A DNA stretch of 64,000 bases from an uncultured Pirellulaceae bacterium (GTDB taxonomy: Bacteria; Planctomycetota; Planctomycetia; Pirellulales; Pirellulaceae), in NCBI GenBank assembly GCA_964476375.1, contig CAYYZW010000196.1:2282-66281 (forward strand), read 5' to 3'. A program made the position numbers and the translations under genes. The notes beneath the pieces are model-generated. The model made no database searches and was not told where the DNA came from. It saw only the letters and a list, made by a program, of their open reading frames with translations. Below are positions 18,282 to 27,741 of the stretch, in pieces (the stretch's first letter is position 1; the number at the start of each line of letters is the position of its first letter).

Positions 18282-19786
18282 GGCAGATCCTCCTGCTGGG
18301 GTTCGAAGAGTGTGCTGTTGGGGATGCGATATGTCAGCAGCAGTGCAGCCGGGAAAACAAGGATCGAGACCAGGAAACCGAACAGGGCTGGGCTGAAACC
18401 TCCTGGTGTCCCCAGCCAGAATCGCCAGATACCGACCGAGATAAACCCGCTCAGCATGCAGAGGGTCGCTGCGTAAGACTGGTTTTTCCGGTACAGGAAA
18501 AGGCCTACCAGGAAAGGGCAGATCATGGTCGGTGCCCAGAAGTCATAAACAAATTCCAGGATTCCCACGATATCGCGATAAACAAAGGAGCAGGCGGCGG
18601 CAATCACGCCGGTAATGAGCGTCGCCCCCTGGGCAACACGAAGCAACTTCCCGTCCCTGGCCCCCGGGTCGATCAGCGTGCGATAGATGTCCTCCATCAC
18701 GATCGTGGATATGCAGGAGAGACAGCTATCGCCTGATGACATCACGGCGGCGATCAGGGCGGCGATCATGATGCCGGAGATGATGGCGGGAAAAGTTTGA
18801 CGCATCAACGTGGGGAACACGATCTGGGACGCCTCCCTGGTAATGTCTTCCTCGCTCAGTCCCGGGTCCGACTGGGCGAGTTCTTCCTTTTTCTGCTTGA
18901 CCGCGTGCGTGACGGCAGGATCCACCTGGGCCGATACGCCCATGATGAAGATCGCCACCGGCAGGAAGCAGAGCAGGAAGATCCCGGCACCGGCCACCCC
19001 CCACCGGGCTCCCCGGGGGTTACGCGCGATGAAGCACCTGACGGCGTAGGGTGGAACGAGCATTTCTCCCAGGAAGAAGGCACAGAAAAGCGTGACGACT
19101 CGCATCAGCGGCCACTCCTCCGTGGTGAACTGGAAAGGGATCTTCCCCGTTTTTTCCAGGATTCCTGGAACCCCCCCGTTTTTTGCCAGCAGGAAAACGG
19201 ATGCGGCCCCGATCCCGGCCACCAGGACAACAAACTGTAAAACGTCCGTCTTGACCACGGCCCGGATCCCGCCAATGGTGGAATAGAAGATCACGATGGC
19301 ACCCCCACCGAGGACTGCCAGCCGGTAGTCGATGCCGAGGATCGTTTCGGTAATCGTTCCCATGGCAACCATCTGGGCGACCAGGGCCCCGATCAGGAAG
19401 ATCAGGCAGCTGACAATCGCCATCAGGCGTACCGGTTCACCAAAACGTTTTCCAAAGAACTCGGCCACGGTCAGCAGGTTGAACTGCCGCAACCGGGGTG
19501 CGATCCAGATCCCGGTCACGACCAGCTGAACATGCCAGGCACAGGTGATGAGGGCAAAAACCAGCCCGTCCACGTAAACACTGGAGACCGATCCGATCGA
19601 GGCACCCCCCCCTACCATGGTTGCTGCCGTGGTCGACAGCACCACGATCCATGCCACGTCACGACCGGCGACCGTGTAATCAAGCGTGTTCTTGATCTTG
19701 CTGCTGGCCTGCAGCCCGATCCAGACCAGCAGGACCAGGTAGGCTCCCAGGGCACCGAATTCCATTAATTGGTCAGGACCTGGCAC
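18278..19786 (-). CDS. Sodium:solute symporter (SSS) family transporter
   Basis: 502 aa and multi-TM. SSS motifs are present: YTVAGRDVAWIVVLSTTAATMVGGGASIG and GGIRAVVKTDVLQF. Confidence 0.85.
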   Translation of the reverse strand: MPGPDQLMEFGALGAYLVLLVWIGLQASSKIKNTLDYTVAGRDVAWIVVLSTTAATMVGGGASIGSVSSVYVDGLVFALITCAWHVQLVVTGIWIAPRLRQFNLLTVAEFFGKRFGEPVRLMAIVSCLIFLIGALVAQMVAMGTITETILGIDYRLAVLGGGAIVIFYSTIGGIRAVVKTDVLQFVVLVAGIGAASVFLLAKNGGVPGILEKTGKIPFQFTTEEWPLMRVVTLFCAFFLGEMLVPPYAVRCFIARNPRGARWGVAGAGIFLLCFLPVAIFIMGVSAQVDPAVTHAVKQKKEELAQSDPGLSEEDITREASQIVFPTLMRQTFPAIISGIMIAALIAAVMSSGDSCLSCISTIVMEDIYRTLIDPGARDGKLLRVAQGATLITGVIAAACSFVYRDIVGILEFVYDFWAPTMICPFLVGLFLYRKNQSYAATLCMLSGFISVGIWRFWLGTPGGFSPALFGFLVSILVFPAALLLTYRIPNSTLFEPQQEDLP

Positions 19787-19868
19787 CGGCTGTTTCCCAT
19801 TTACAAAGAGAATCTCTGGTCAGGCGAGAACAGAGCAGGGATTTCATGCCTGCATTCTACACGTCCCG

Positions 19869-19898
19869 GTGAAGGACTGCTGAAAGAGTCCTGGTCAC
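19869..19898 (-). other. Stem-loop immediately downstream of the SDR gene
   Basis: AGGACT (19873-19878) pairs with AGTCCT (19887-19892). The stem is extended by GTGA/TCAC across a 2-nt bulge. No U-tract follows on the minus strand. Confidence 0.3.
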
Positions 19899-19899
19899 T

Positions 19900-20673
19900 T
19901 TACTCTGGCGTGACATAGGCGGAGGTGATCCCGCCGTCGACCGTGAAGTCGGATCCTGTCACGTAGGAGGATTCATCCGAGGCCAGGAAAAGTGCCGCCT
20001 GGGCCATTTCGCGGGCCAGGCCAAAGCGGCCCATCGGGATATGCACCAGCCGTCGCTGCTTTTTCTCATCGGTATCCAGGAAGGACATCAACAGCTCGGT
20101 TCGCAGGGGACCCGGGCAGAGTGCATTCACGCGGATATTCTCACGGGCGTGGATAATCGCCAGTTCCCGGGTCATCGCCAGCACGCCTCCCTTGCTGGCG
20201 GTGTAGGCCAGTTGCGGAGTGGCGGCACCCATCAGGGCGACAAAGGACGCCGTGTTGATGACCGAACCGCCGCCAGCCCGCTTGAGCGCCTCGAGACCAA
20301 ACTTGCAGCCCAGGAAAACCCCCTTGAGGTTGATCGCCATGGTCCTGTCCCAGACCTCCTCGCTGGTGCTGCCGGCATCCCCGTCTTCGTGGTCCATGAT
20401 CCCGGCATTATTGAAGAGGATGTGCAGGGCCCCGAATTCCGCCTCGGCGGACGCCACCATCTGCTCACAGTCCCCTGCCCTGGAGACATCCGCATGGACA
20501 GCAATGGCCTGCCCGCCCGCGGCTGTCACCAGGTCCACCGTCTCCTGGCAGCCTTCATCATTCAGATCGACAGCGACCACACGGGCTCCCTCGGCTGCAA
20601 AGAGAAGCGATGTTTCACGACCAATCCCGCCGGCCGCTCCGGTGATCAGGGCAACTTTGTTTTCTAATCGCAT
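19900..20673 (-). CDS. Short-chain dehydrogenase/reductase (SDR)
   Basis: 257 aa with TGAAGGIGR (TGxxxGxG), NNAG and YTASKGG (YxxxK). Confidence 0.9.
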   Translation of the reverse strand: MRLENKVALITGAAGGIGRETSLLFAAEGARVVAVDLNDEGCQETVDLVTAAGGQAIAVHADVSRAGDCEQMVASAEAEFGALHILFNNAGIMDHEDGDAGSTSEEVWDRTMAINLKGVFLGCKFGLEALKRAGGGSVINTASFVALMGAATPQLAYTASKGGVLAMTRELAIIHARENIRVNALCPGPLRTELLMSFLDTDEKKQRRLVHIPMGRFGLAREMAQAALFLASDESSYVTGSDFTVDGGITSAYVTPE

Positions 20674-20678
20674 GAGTG

Positions 20679-21398
20679 TTATTCCTGCAGGCTGGGGGTG
20701 CTGGCAATCACAAACTGGTCAAAAAGTCTCTGCTGGACAGGATCGTCCTCGGCAGTCCGTTCCGGGTGCCACTGGACAGCAATCAGCCAGGGATGGTCGG
20801 GCATCTCCACGGCCTCGATCACGCCATCGGGCGCCTCGGCAACGACCGATAGTCCGGGTGCGAGTTCCCGGATGGCCTGGTGGTGATCCGAATCGGCGGA
20901 AAACTCCAACTGGCCCATGACCTCCGCCAGCCGGGACCCGGGTGTGAGGGAGAGTTCGTGCTGGATGGCACAAGGAGGCTGTGGCTTGTGCTTGACCGTC
21001 TCGCCAACCACGTCCGGCAGGTGGGCGTGCAGCGTTCCACCGAGTGCCACGTTAAGGACCTGGATGCCCCGGCAGATCCCCAGTACTGGCAGGCCGGACT
21101 TCACCGCCCCGAGCGCCAGCGAGATCTCGAAGCGGTCACGTTCCTCATTAGTCTCATAGATCGCCTCGTGCGATTCGCCGCCGCAGAGGCCCGGAGAGAT
21201 ATCCCCTCCTCCCAGCAGCAGCAGGCCGTCCACCGCTGACAGTAGTCCCTGGACATTGTCCTCCCCTGCCGGCAAAAGGACTGGCATTCCCCCGGCACGG
21301 CGGACAGTGTCGATGTAGTTACAGGGAACCCGTACGTTTTCTTCCTGGTTTCGGTCGAAGCGAGCGTAGGTGGTCAGTCCGATGCACGGTGCAGCCAT
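20679..21398 (-). CDS. Gamma-glutamyl amide hydrolase, class I glutamine amidotransferase / peptidase C26 (PuuD-like)
   Basis: 239 aa. The nucleophile context is GICRGIQVLNV, and the His-Glu context is AVQWHPE. It starts 5 nt after the upstream gene on the minus strand. Confidence 0.8.
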   Translation of the reverse strand: MAAPCIGLTTYARFDRNQEENVRVPCNYIDTVRRAGGMPVLLPAGEDNVQGLLSAVDGLLLLGGGDISPGLCGGESHEAIYETNEERDRFEISLALGAVKSGLPVLGICRGIQVLNVALGGTLHAHLPDVVGETVKHKPQPPCAIQHELSLTPGSRLAEVMGQLEFSADSDHHQAIRELAPGLSVVAEAPDGVIEAVEMPDHPWLIAVQWHPERTAEDDPVQQRLFDQFVIASTPSLQE

Positions 21399-21414
21399 CG
21401 TGTTGGGGCCATCC

Positions 21415-22788
21415 TTATATGCGTTCGAAATAGCGACGGCGTTCCCAGTCCGTCACGGCCACCTGGTAGGCAGCCCTTTCGGTCTCAAAGAAATGCGAGT
21501 AATGCTGCTGGATCTCTTCGCCGAGAACCTGGCGGACAAAGTCACTGCCGGAAAACAACTCGATTGCCTCTCCCAGGCTTGCCGGGGCCGTGACGGCATC
21601 CGCTGCATGGTAGGCATCTCCCTCGAACATGGAGGGTGGATCGACCTGGTTGGCGATTCCGTCCAGGCCGGATGCGAGCGCGGCGGTGTAGGCCAGGTAA
21701 GGGTTGCAGTCGGCACCCGGCATTCGACATTCAATCCGCAGCGAATTCCCGTTTCCCACAACCCGGAATCCAGCCGTGCGGTTATCACGACTCCAGGCAA
21801 GGGTCGTCGGAGCCCATGACCCGGACTGGTATCGCTTGTAAGAGTTGACGTTGGGTGCATAGAAGGGCATGAACTCGGCCGCATGGGCAATCCAGCCGCC
21901 GAGGAACCAGCGAAAAACCTCCGAGCATTCAATATCCCCCATGGCCTGGCTTCCGGCAAAGGCGTTGGCCGTGTCATTCCAGAGACTCAGGTGCACGTGA
22001 CAGCTTGAACCTGCCTGGCCTTCATCGAACTTGGCCATGAAAGTCACGCTCAGATCCTGCTGCTGGGCGATCTCCTTGGCCATCTGCTTGAGCAGCACGT
22101 GACGGTCGGACATCTCCATCACGTCACAGTACTGGATATTGATCTCGTGTTGCCCCTTTCCCCATTCTCCCTTGGTGGATTCCACCGGGATTCCAGAGGC
22201 TGCCAGCTGGCGGCGAAGGGTGCCATGGAAGTTTTCCTGGCGAGTTGCCTGCAGGACGTGGTAATCCTCCAGGTACCAGCCGGCGGGGTCCAGGCCGTGA
22301 TAGTTCCTGCCGGCCGCATCACGGTACGTGTTTTCAAACAGGTAATACTCCAGCTCCGAGGCGGCCATGGCAGAAAACCCCTGCTCGGTGGCCTTGTCGA
22401 CCTGGGCCTGGAGGAGCGAGCGGGGAGCGACCGGGAGCGGCTTGTGCGTCTCCCCCACGGTTACATTGCAGATCACGATGGCCGTCCGGTCCAGCCAGGA
22501 TGCCAGCCGCAGGGTGTTGTCCACCGGCTGCAGGTGCACGTCCCCATAGCCCTTTTCCCAGTTGGCAAAGTCATAGCCTGCGACCGGCTCCATTTCCATG
22601 TCCACCGTGAGCAGGTAATCGCAGCCGTGGGTTCCATGGGCTGCCACCGAGTCAAGGAAAAACCGGGCATCGAACCGCTTGCCCATCAACCGGCCATAAA
22701 GATCGCTGAAGACAACGGAGACCGTATCCACGTCCCCGCTGGCGACCAGGTGTTCAAGCTGTTCTCGTGTGAACGTCCCGCTGGACAT
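21415..22788 (-). CDS. Glutamine synthetase family protein (gamma-glutamyl-amine ligase, PuuA/GlnA3/GlnA4-like)
   Basis: 457 aa. GS catalytic-domain motifs are present (KGEWGKGQHEINIQY, GSSCHVHLSLW, NSYKRY, NRTAGFRV). Its size and lack of an adenylylation-loop context fit the GS-like ligases. Confidence 0.8.
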   Translation of the reverse strand: MSSGTFTREQLEHLVASGDVDTVSVVFSDLYGRLMGKRFDARFFLDSVAAHGTHGCDYLLTVDMEMEPVAGYDFANWEKGYGDVHLQPVDNTLRLASWLDRTAIVICNVTVGETHKPLPVAPRSLLQAQVDKATEQGFSAMAASELEYYLFENTYRDAAGRNYHGLDPAGWYLEDYHVLQATRQENFHGTLRRQLAASGIPVESTKGEWGKGQHEINIQYCDVMEMSDRHVLLKQMAKEIAQQQDLSVTFMAKFDEGQAGSSCHVHLSLWNDTANAFAGSQAMGDIECSEVFRWFLGGWIAHAAEFMPFYAPNVNSYKRYQSGSWAPTTLAWSRDNRTAGFRVVGNGNSLRIECRMPGADCNPYLAYTAALASGLDGIANQVDPPSMFEGDAYHAADAVTAPASLGEAIELFSGSDFVRQVLGEEIQQHYSHFFETERAAYQVAVTDWERRRYFERI

Positions 22789-22822
22789 GATCGGAGGTTC
22801 CTCTGCTCGATGACGTGTCCGG

Positions 22823-24313
22823 TCAGCCGGACAACGTGTCCTTTGCCTGGGAAATCAGGGCAACTTCTTCTTCCGGCGCGTTGGCAACCAGGTGATGACG
22901 ACTGTAGACGAGGAAGTAAATGATACCCGCGCCGAGGAAGATGGCCACACCATAGACCCCGGGCCGGTACTCCTCGTCCAGGAAAGTGGAAACCAGGGCG
23001 ATTACCGACAGCACCAGCCCGATTACCGCGCCTGGAATTCCCAGCGGACTGCGGTAGGGTCGTTCCAGGTCCGGCCGGCTGATCCGCAGCTTGATGTAAC
23101 TCAGCATTACCATGGCGTAGGAAATGACCGCCCCGAAAACCGCCATGTTCAGCAGCCCGGCACCAACACTGGCGCCCCCATTACCAAACAACTCGATCAG
23201 GGTAGCACAGCCCAGCCCAATGACTGCCCCCGAGAGCAGCGCCAGGTAGGGAGTCCTGTTCTTTCCGGTCAGCGAAAGCCAGCGGGGAATGTAGCCGGCC
23301 CGGGAGAGGGCGAACAGCACTCGCCCATAGGCATAAACGGTCGCGTGAAAACTGGCAACGAGGCCACTTACCGCCAGCAGCACCAGCCCCTTGCTCAACC
23401 AGCCACCACCAAAGACCTCTCGTATCCCATAGGCGAGTGGTGCCTTGTTTGAAAAACTATCTTCCTTGATAAGGTTGCTGGCACCGCCACCCACCCCGGC
23501 GTTGATCACCAGGGTCAGGATGGAAAGCACAAACAGGATGAACATCGCCACCACCAGGGCGCGGGGCATGTCGGTAGCCGCGTTCTCCGATTCCTCCGCG
23601 GCAAGAGGAAGTTGCTCGATTGCCAGGTAAAACCAGATGGCGAAAGGAAGTGCGGCAAACACACCTGATATTGGAAATCCTCCCTCCTGTTCCGGTTCCG
23701 TGTTCAGGGCAGCCTGGAAATCAAAGGAATCACTGACCAGGGCTCCGGCGTAGAAAGTCACCAGGACTGCAGCTGCCAGGGCGGTGATCACCAGTCCCAT
23801 CCGCAGCGTCAGCGATGCGCCGCGGATATTAATGCCAACAAAAAACAGGTAGGCGCAGATCCAGATCGACAGGATGACCCAGAAGGGGGCCTGCTCTCCG
23901 CTCCCCTCGTACAACAGCAGCGTCAGGTAGCCACTGATGGCCGTCACGACCACGGCGGGCGTCAGGACATACTCGATCGTGTCGGTCAGTCCACAGATAA
24001 AGCCGCCCAGGGGTCCGAAGGCATTCCGCGTGAAGGAAAAGAAACCACCCGCGTGCGGGAGGCAGGCAGAAAGTTCGGCGATCGTGTAGACCATACAGAA
24101 GTACATGGTTGCCATCGCGACCGTGGCGATGGCCATCGCGCGGAAGCCATACTTGAGCCCGAAGTGCCAGCCGAAAAAATCCCCCGAGATGACCGCCCCC
24201 ACCCCCATGGCCGCCAGCAGGATCCAGCCGGCACTCGGTTTCAGCTTCCGCCGTTCCAGGTACTGCTGGTCCATGTCCTCGTAGTGGACCATGCGGGGCT
24301 TGGCATCGGACAT
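22823..24313 (-). CDS. APC-family amino acid/amine permease (ethanolamine permease-like)
   Basis: 496 aa with about 12 TM segments. The N-terminal motif LLAAMGVGAVISGDFFGWHFG resembles the Eat/EutP-type ethanolamine permease signature. Confidence 0.7.
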   Translation of the reverse strand: MSDAKPRMVHYEDMDQQYLERRKLKPSAGWILLAAMGVGAVISGDFFGWHFGLKYGFRAMAIATVAMATMYFCMVYTIAELSACLPHAGGFFSFTRNAFGPLGGFICGLTDTIEYVLTPAVVVTAISGYLTLLLYEGSGEQAPFWVILSIWICAYLFFVGINIRGASLTLRMGLVITALAAAVLVTFYAGALVSDSFDFQAALNTEPEQEGGFPISGVFAALPFAIWFYLAIEQLPLAAEESENAATDMPRALVVAMFILFVLSILTLVINAGVGGGASNLIKEDSFSNKAPLAYGIREVFGGGWLSKGLVLLAVSGLVASFHATVYAYGRVLFALSRAGYIPRWLSLTGKNRTPYLALLSGAVIGLGCATLIELFGNGGASVGAGLLNMAVFGAVISYAMVMLSYIKLRISRPDLERPYRSPLGIPGAVIGLVLSVIALVSTFLDEEYRPGVYGVAIFLGAGIIYFLVYSRHHLVANAPEEEVALISQAKDTLSG

Positions 24314-24368
24314 CGTGTGTTGACCTGGGGAAGGAAGCAGGGAGCAAGAAAGGTAGACTCAGCCCGGG

Positions 24369-26003
24369 CTATTCTGCCCTGGCGACCGTGGCCTCGACCG
24401 GGAGGTCTGCTGCCCAGTAAATGGCATTCTTGAGCAACTGGTTCATTGCCGGCTGTTCAAAATCACCGACATGGCCCAGCGAGGTATAGAAAGAACGTCC
24501 TCCCCAGCGGGTGACGTTCGTCCAGGCAATCGCCTCCTGGGGTGTATCGGGAATGGTGCCGTGAAGGAGTGCCGTGGTGGAGGTGGAGAGTGGGTTCACC
24601 TTGTAGAGTGACCCGGATCCCTTGAGCTGGGAAGGATCCACACCAGCCATGATCGGGTGATTGGCTATCTCGGCCGGGCTGGAGAGCTGGACCCTGGGTC
24701 CGGATCCATGATGGCCCGTATAGTGACCACCCCAGACTTCGGCATCAAAATCTCCCCAGACCGCATGCCCCTCGGGGGCCGGCTTGCCGTTGAGGGAAAA
24801 AGCATGATTGGCCGTACGGATACCGACAACCGGCTTGCCGCTCTGGATGAAGTCACGGACAACCTGCAGGTCTGCTTCCGGGATGGCCCGCCGCCTGACG
24901 CTGATCAGGGCCAGGTCGGCTTCCCGTAGCACGTCGATACCGGGAATGATGTTCCGGTCGGTGGCACTGGCATGGACATAGCTGACCCGGAAGTCCTGTC
25001 CCAGGTGCTTGAGAGCAAAGGCCGGCAGCGACTCGTTGGTACGGTATTCCCGTTCCCCCATGATGATCACCAGGTGCCGCCTGCGGTCCTTGTCAAAGCG
25101 GAAAGAAGATCCGCCAATCAGCTGGTCACTGGTAATGGTCGGGCAGACCCACTTCTCGATATGTTCCACGATCAGGTCGGTGCCGGTGAAGTGACTGACA
25201 TGGGGCTCCATTTTCGGGTTGTACATGGTGTCGGTCATGTCCCGCATGAGCACCACGTTCTTGCCATTCTTGGCCATCTGCCGAAGGCCAAAGGGCCGGC
25301 CCAGCACGCACATGTTGGTATGCACGCCAACCAGGATCACGTTCTTGATCCCGCGCTCTTCCATCACGTTCCAGATTTCCACGCCGTTATCGCTGATCAG
25401 GTCCTCGTCATGGATATCCAGCAGGTCGGTCTGGGATTTCCAGGGGGCCTTCGGGTTTCGATCCATCGACGTGAGCATGCGGGCCCACTGGGCATGTTCC
25501 ACCAGGTCATCGTCCTCGCCACCATCAGATTGATCGATTGGGTATGTCCCCCCGTCTTCCTGCGGAATCTTGTAACACCACTGGCCAATGTCTTCAGGCA
25601 CATTGTCAGCCTTGGGGGCGTCGATCGCCCGCTTGCGACCGGGGTGATCCTTGTAAGGTTCCATGCAGCTGCTCGGGGCATGGATGATCAAGGCACCACG
25701 GGTACGGGCGGCGTTCAGCACCTCGTTCATGCGGGGCGCCATTTCGCCGACCCGCCGAGTGGCGTTCAGGCAGTGGTGAAGATCCCACATGTCACAGACC
25801 ACGACCGCCGTTTCTGCCGGAGACCATTTCTCGGATCGACTCACCACGTGAAACAGGGGGCTGTCATCGGCGGCAGGTACCTGGCTGCGCAGCTGCAGCT
25901 GAAAAGGCCCGGCAGGTTCCGCCGAGTCGAGTGATTCTACCGACAGGCTGGTAAGGGCCAGCAGGAGAACAGCAGAGCAGCATTGAATTCGTGAAAGCGA
26001 CAT
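24369..26003 (-). CDS. Secreted fusion protein: isochorismatase-like cysteine hydrolase domain + ThuA-like (class I GATase-fold) domain
   Basis: The N-terminal half has VVVCDMWD and ILVGVHTNMCV, the Asp and Cys contexts of isochorismatase/nicotinamidase-like hydrolases. The C-terminal half has ThuA-like motifs (HLVIIMGE, KPVVGIRTANHAF, RSFYTSLGH). The start is set at 26003 (MSLSRIQCCSAVLLLALTSLS, a signal peptide) rather than the ORF-track 26081. Confidence 0.65.
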   Translation of the reverse strand: MSLSRIQCCSAVLLLALTSLSVESLDSAEPAGPFQLQLRSQVPAADDSPLFHVVSRSEKWSPAETAVVVCDMWDLHHCLNATRRVGEMAPRMNEVLNAARTRGALIIHAPSSCMEPYKDHPGRKRAIDAPKADNVPEDIGQWCYKIPQEDGGTYPIDQSDGGEDDDLVEHAQWARMLTSMDRNPKAPWKSQTDLLDIHDEDLISDNGVEIWNVMEERGIKNVILVGVHTNMCVLGRPFGLRQMAKNGKNVVLMRDMTDTMYNPKMEPHVSHFTGTDLIVEHIEKWVCPTITSDQLIGGSSFRFDKDRRRHLVIIMGEREYRTNESLPAFALKHLGQDFRVSYVHASATDRNIIPGIDVLREADLALISVRRRAIPEADLQVVRDFIQSGKPVVGIRTANHAFSLNGKPAPEGHAVWGDFDAEVWGGHYTGHHGSGPRVQLSSPAEIANHPIMAGVDPSQLKGSGSLYKVNPLSTSTTALLHGTIPDTPQEAIAWTNVTRWGGRSFYTSLGHVGDFEQPAMNQLLKNAIYWAADLPVEATVARAE

Positions 26004-26230
26004 ATCCCAGGGTCTCCATGGATCGTGAGCCAGTGAAAGGCCGAAACAGCTATTATGACGTTTCCGGGCTTGCCGCCGCAAGAATTAGCCGCCCGCTTCG
26101 TGGAAAGAGAAACAAGCGGCCCGGGAACGTGGTGTCGGCCGGGAGCTTTGTCGTTCGTCATTGCCTGTTCAATTGGCTAAGATCAGGAAGAGAAGTGCAA
26201 CGGTTTTTCTTTCCCTTGTGAGAAAAGAAC

Positions 26231-27739
26231 GTGCTGCGATTACTTGGTAGCCAGAGACAACTGTGCAACGGTGTTACCCGCCGTGACTGGATGCAGGTTG
26301 GTGGCCTGGGAATGCTTGGCGTTGGCCTGGCGGATGTGCTCAGGCTCCAGGACCGGTCACTCCTGGCTGCCGAACAGGGAGCCGGTTTTGGCAAGGCCAA
26401 GCGGTGCATCCTGCTGCTGCCTTACGGATCTCCTCCCCAGCACGAGACATTTGACCCCAAGCCGGATGCCCCTGTGGAAATCCGTGGTACGCACGGCTCG
26501 ATTCCTACCAACCTGCCAGGGGTCCGGATCGATGAGAACCTGCCAAGGATCTCGAAGATCATGGATCGCATCACCGTCATCCGCTCGATGACCCATCCCT
26601 ACCCGACGCACTGCGTGGCCTATGCGACAAGCGGGATCCCGGAGTACACGCCGGCCCTGGAGACGCGACCGCGAGACCCCAAGCTCTGGCCCTACCTCGG
26701 GTCGGTGGTCGATTTTATTGGTGCCCGTGAAGATCAGGACAAGCCCGTCCCGGTGGTTCCCCGGAATATTGCCCTGCCCTGGAAAATGAATTCCCGTGGT
26801 GGAGAAGCGGCCTCGGTCCAGGCCGGGCCCTACGCTGCTTTCCTGGGACCCGCCTACGACCCGGTGCTCACCGATTTCGAGGGGCAGGCGACTCGCACGA
26901 TCAAGAAGGTGAGTCCGAACAATGGCCCCTCGCATGACGTGGAAGATCCCTATGCCGGGGTAAAGCCCGATTGCCGCTTTCGTCTCGCTGGGGCCCGCCT
27001 GCGGGAGAACATGACGCTCGATCGGCATAACCGCCGCCGCTCACTGCTCAAGCAACTCGACCAGGTGCGTCGGCAGATCGACCGGAACCAGGCGACCGAT
27101 AGCTACGATCGCTACCAGCAGATCGCCAATGCCCTGGTCGCTTCCTCGGAGGTTCACCAGGCACTGGATATCAGCCAGGAATCCATGGCCATGCGGGAGG
27201 ACTATGGGATGCACCTGTTTGGGCAGTCCTGCCTGGCCGCGCGGAGGCTGGTGGAGGCCGGCAGCCGTTTTGTGACCGTCTTCTGGGATGAATATGCCTA
27301 TCTCAATACCGACTGGGATACCCACTGGAACCATTACTATCGCCTCAAGGACCGGCTGTTACCCGGTTTTGATTCCGCTTACTCTGCCTTGCTCCTGGAC
27401 CTGGAGCAGCGGGGGATGCTGGATGACACCCTGGTGGTCTGGATGAGTGAACATGGCCGGACCCCCAAGCTCAACAAGAACAAGGGTGGGGGGCGTGACC
27501 ACTGGTCCAGTGTGTACTGCATCACCCTGGCCGGCGGCGGAGTACGGGCCGGGGAAATTGTTGGGGAGAGTGACCGGATCGGCGGCAACGTGCACAGCAC
27601 GCCGGTCTCGCCAAAGGATATCCTGGCCACCATCTTTCACTTGATGGGAATCGATGCACACACGACCATCCCGGATCGACTGGGAAGGCCCACTCCCATT
27701 GCCGGCACTGGAAAAGTTCGTCCCGAAGTGATCGCCTGA
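26231..27739 (+). CDS. DUF1501 domain protein, Tat-exported ('class II' signature)
   Basis: 502 aa with a GTG start. Motifs: LCNGVTRRDWMQVGG, LLLPYGSPPQHETFDPKP and GGGRDHWSSVYCITLAGGG. Confidence 0.8.
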   Translation: MLRLLGSQRQLCNGVTRRDWMQVGGLGMLGVGLADVLRLQDRSLLAAEQGAGFGKAKRCILLLPYGSPPQHETFDPKPDAPVEIRGTHGSIPTNLPGVRIDENLPRISKIMDRITVIRSMTHPYPTHCVAYATSGIPEYTPALETRPRDPKLWPYLGSVVDFIGAREDQDKPVPVVPRNIALPWKMNSRGGEAASVQAGPYAAFLGPAYDPVLTDFEGQATRTIKKVSPNNGPSHDVEDPYAGVKPDCRFRLAGARLRENMTLDRHNRRRSLLKQLDQVRRQIDRNQATDSYDRYQQIANALVASSEVHQALDISQESMAMREDYGMHLFGQSCLAARRLVEAGSRFVTVFWDEYAYLNTDWDTHWNHYYRLKDRLLPGFDSAYSALLLDLEQRGMLDDTLVVWMSEHGRTPKLNKNKGGGRDHWSSVYCITLAGGGVRAGEIVGESDRIGGNVHSTPVSPKDILATIFHLMGIDAHTTIPDRLGRPTPIAGTGKVRPEVIA

Positions 27740-27741
27740 CC

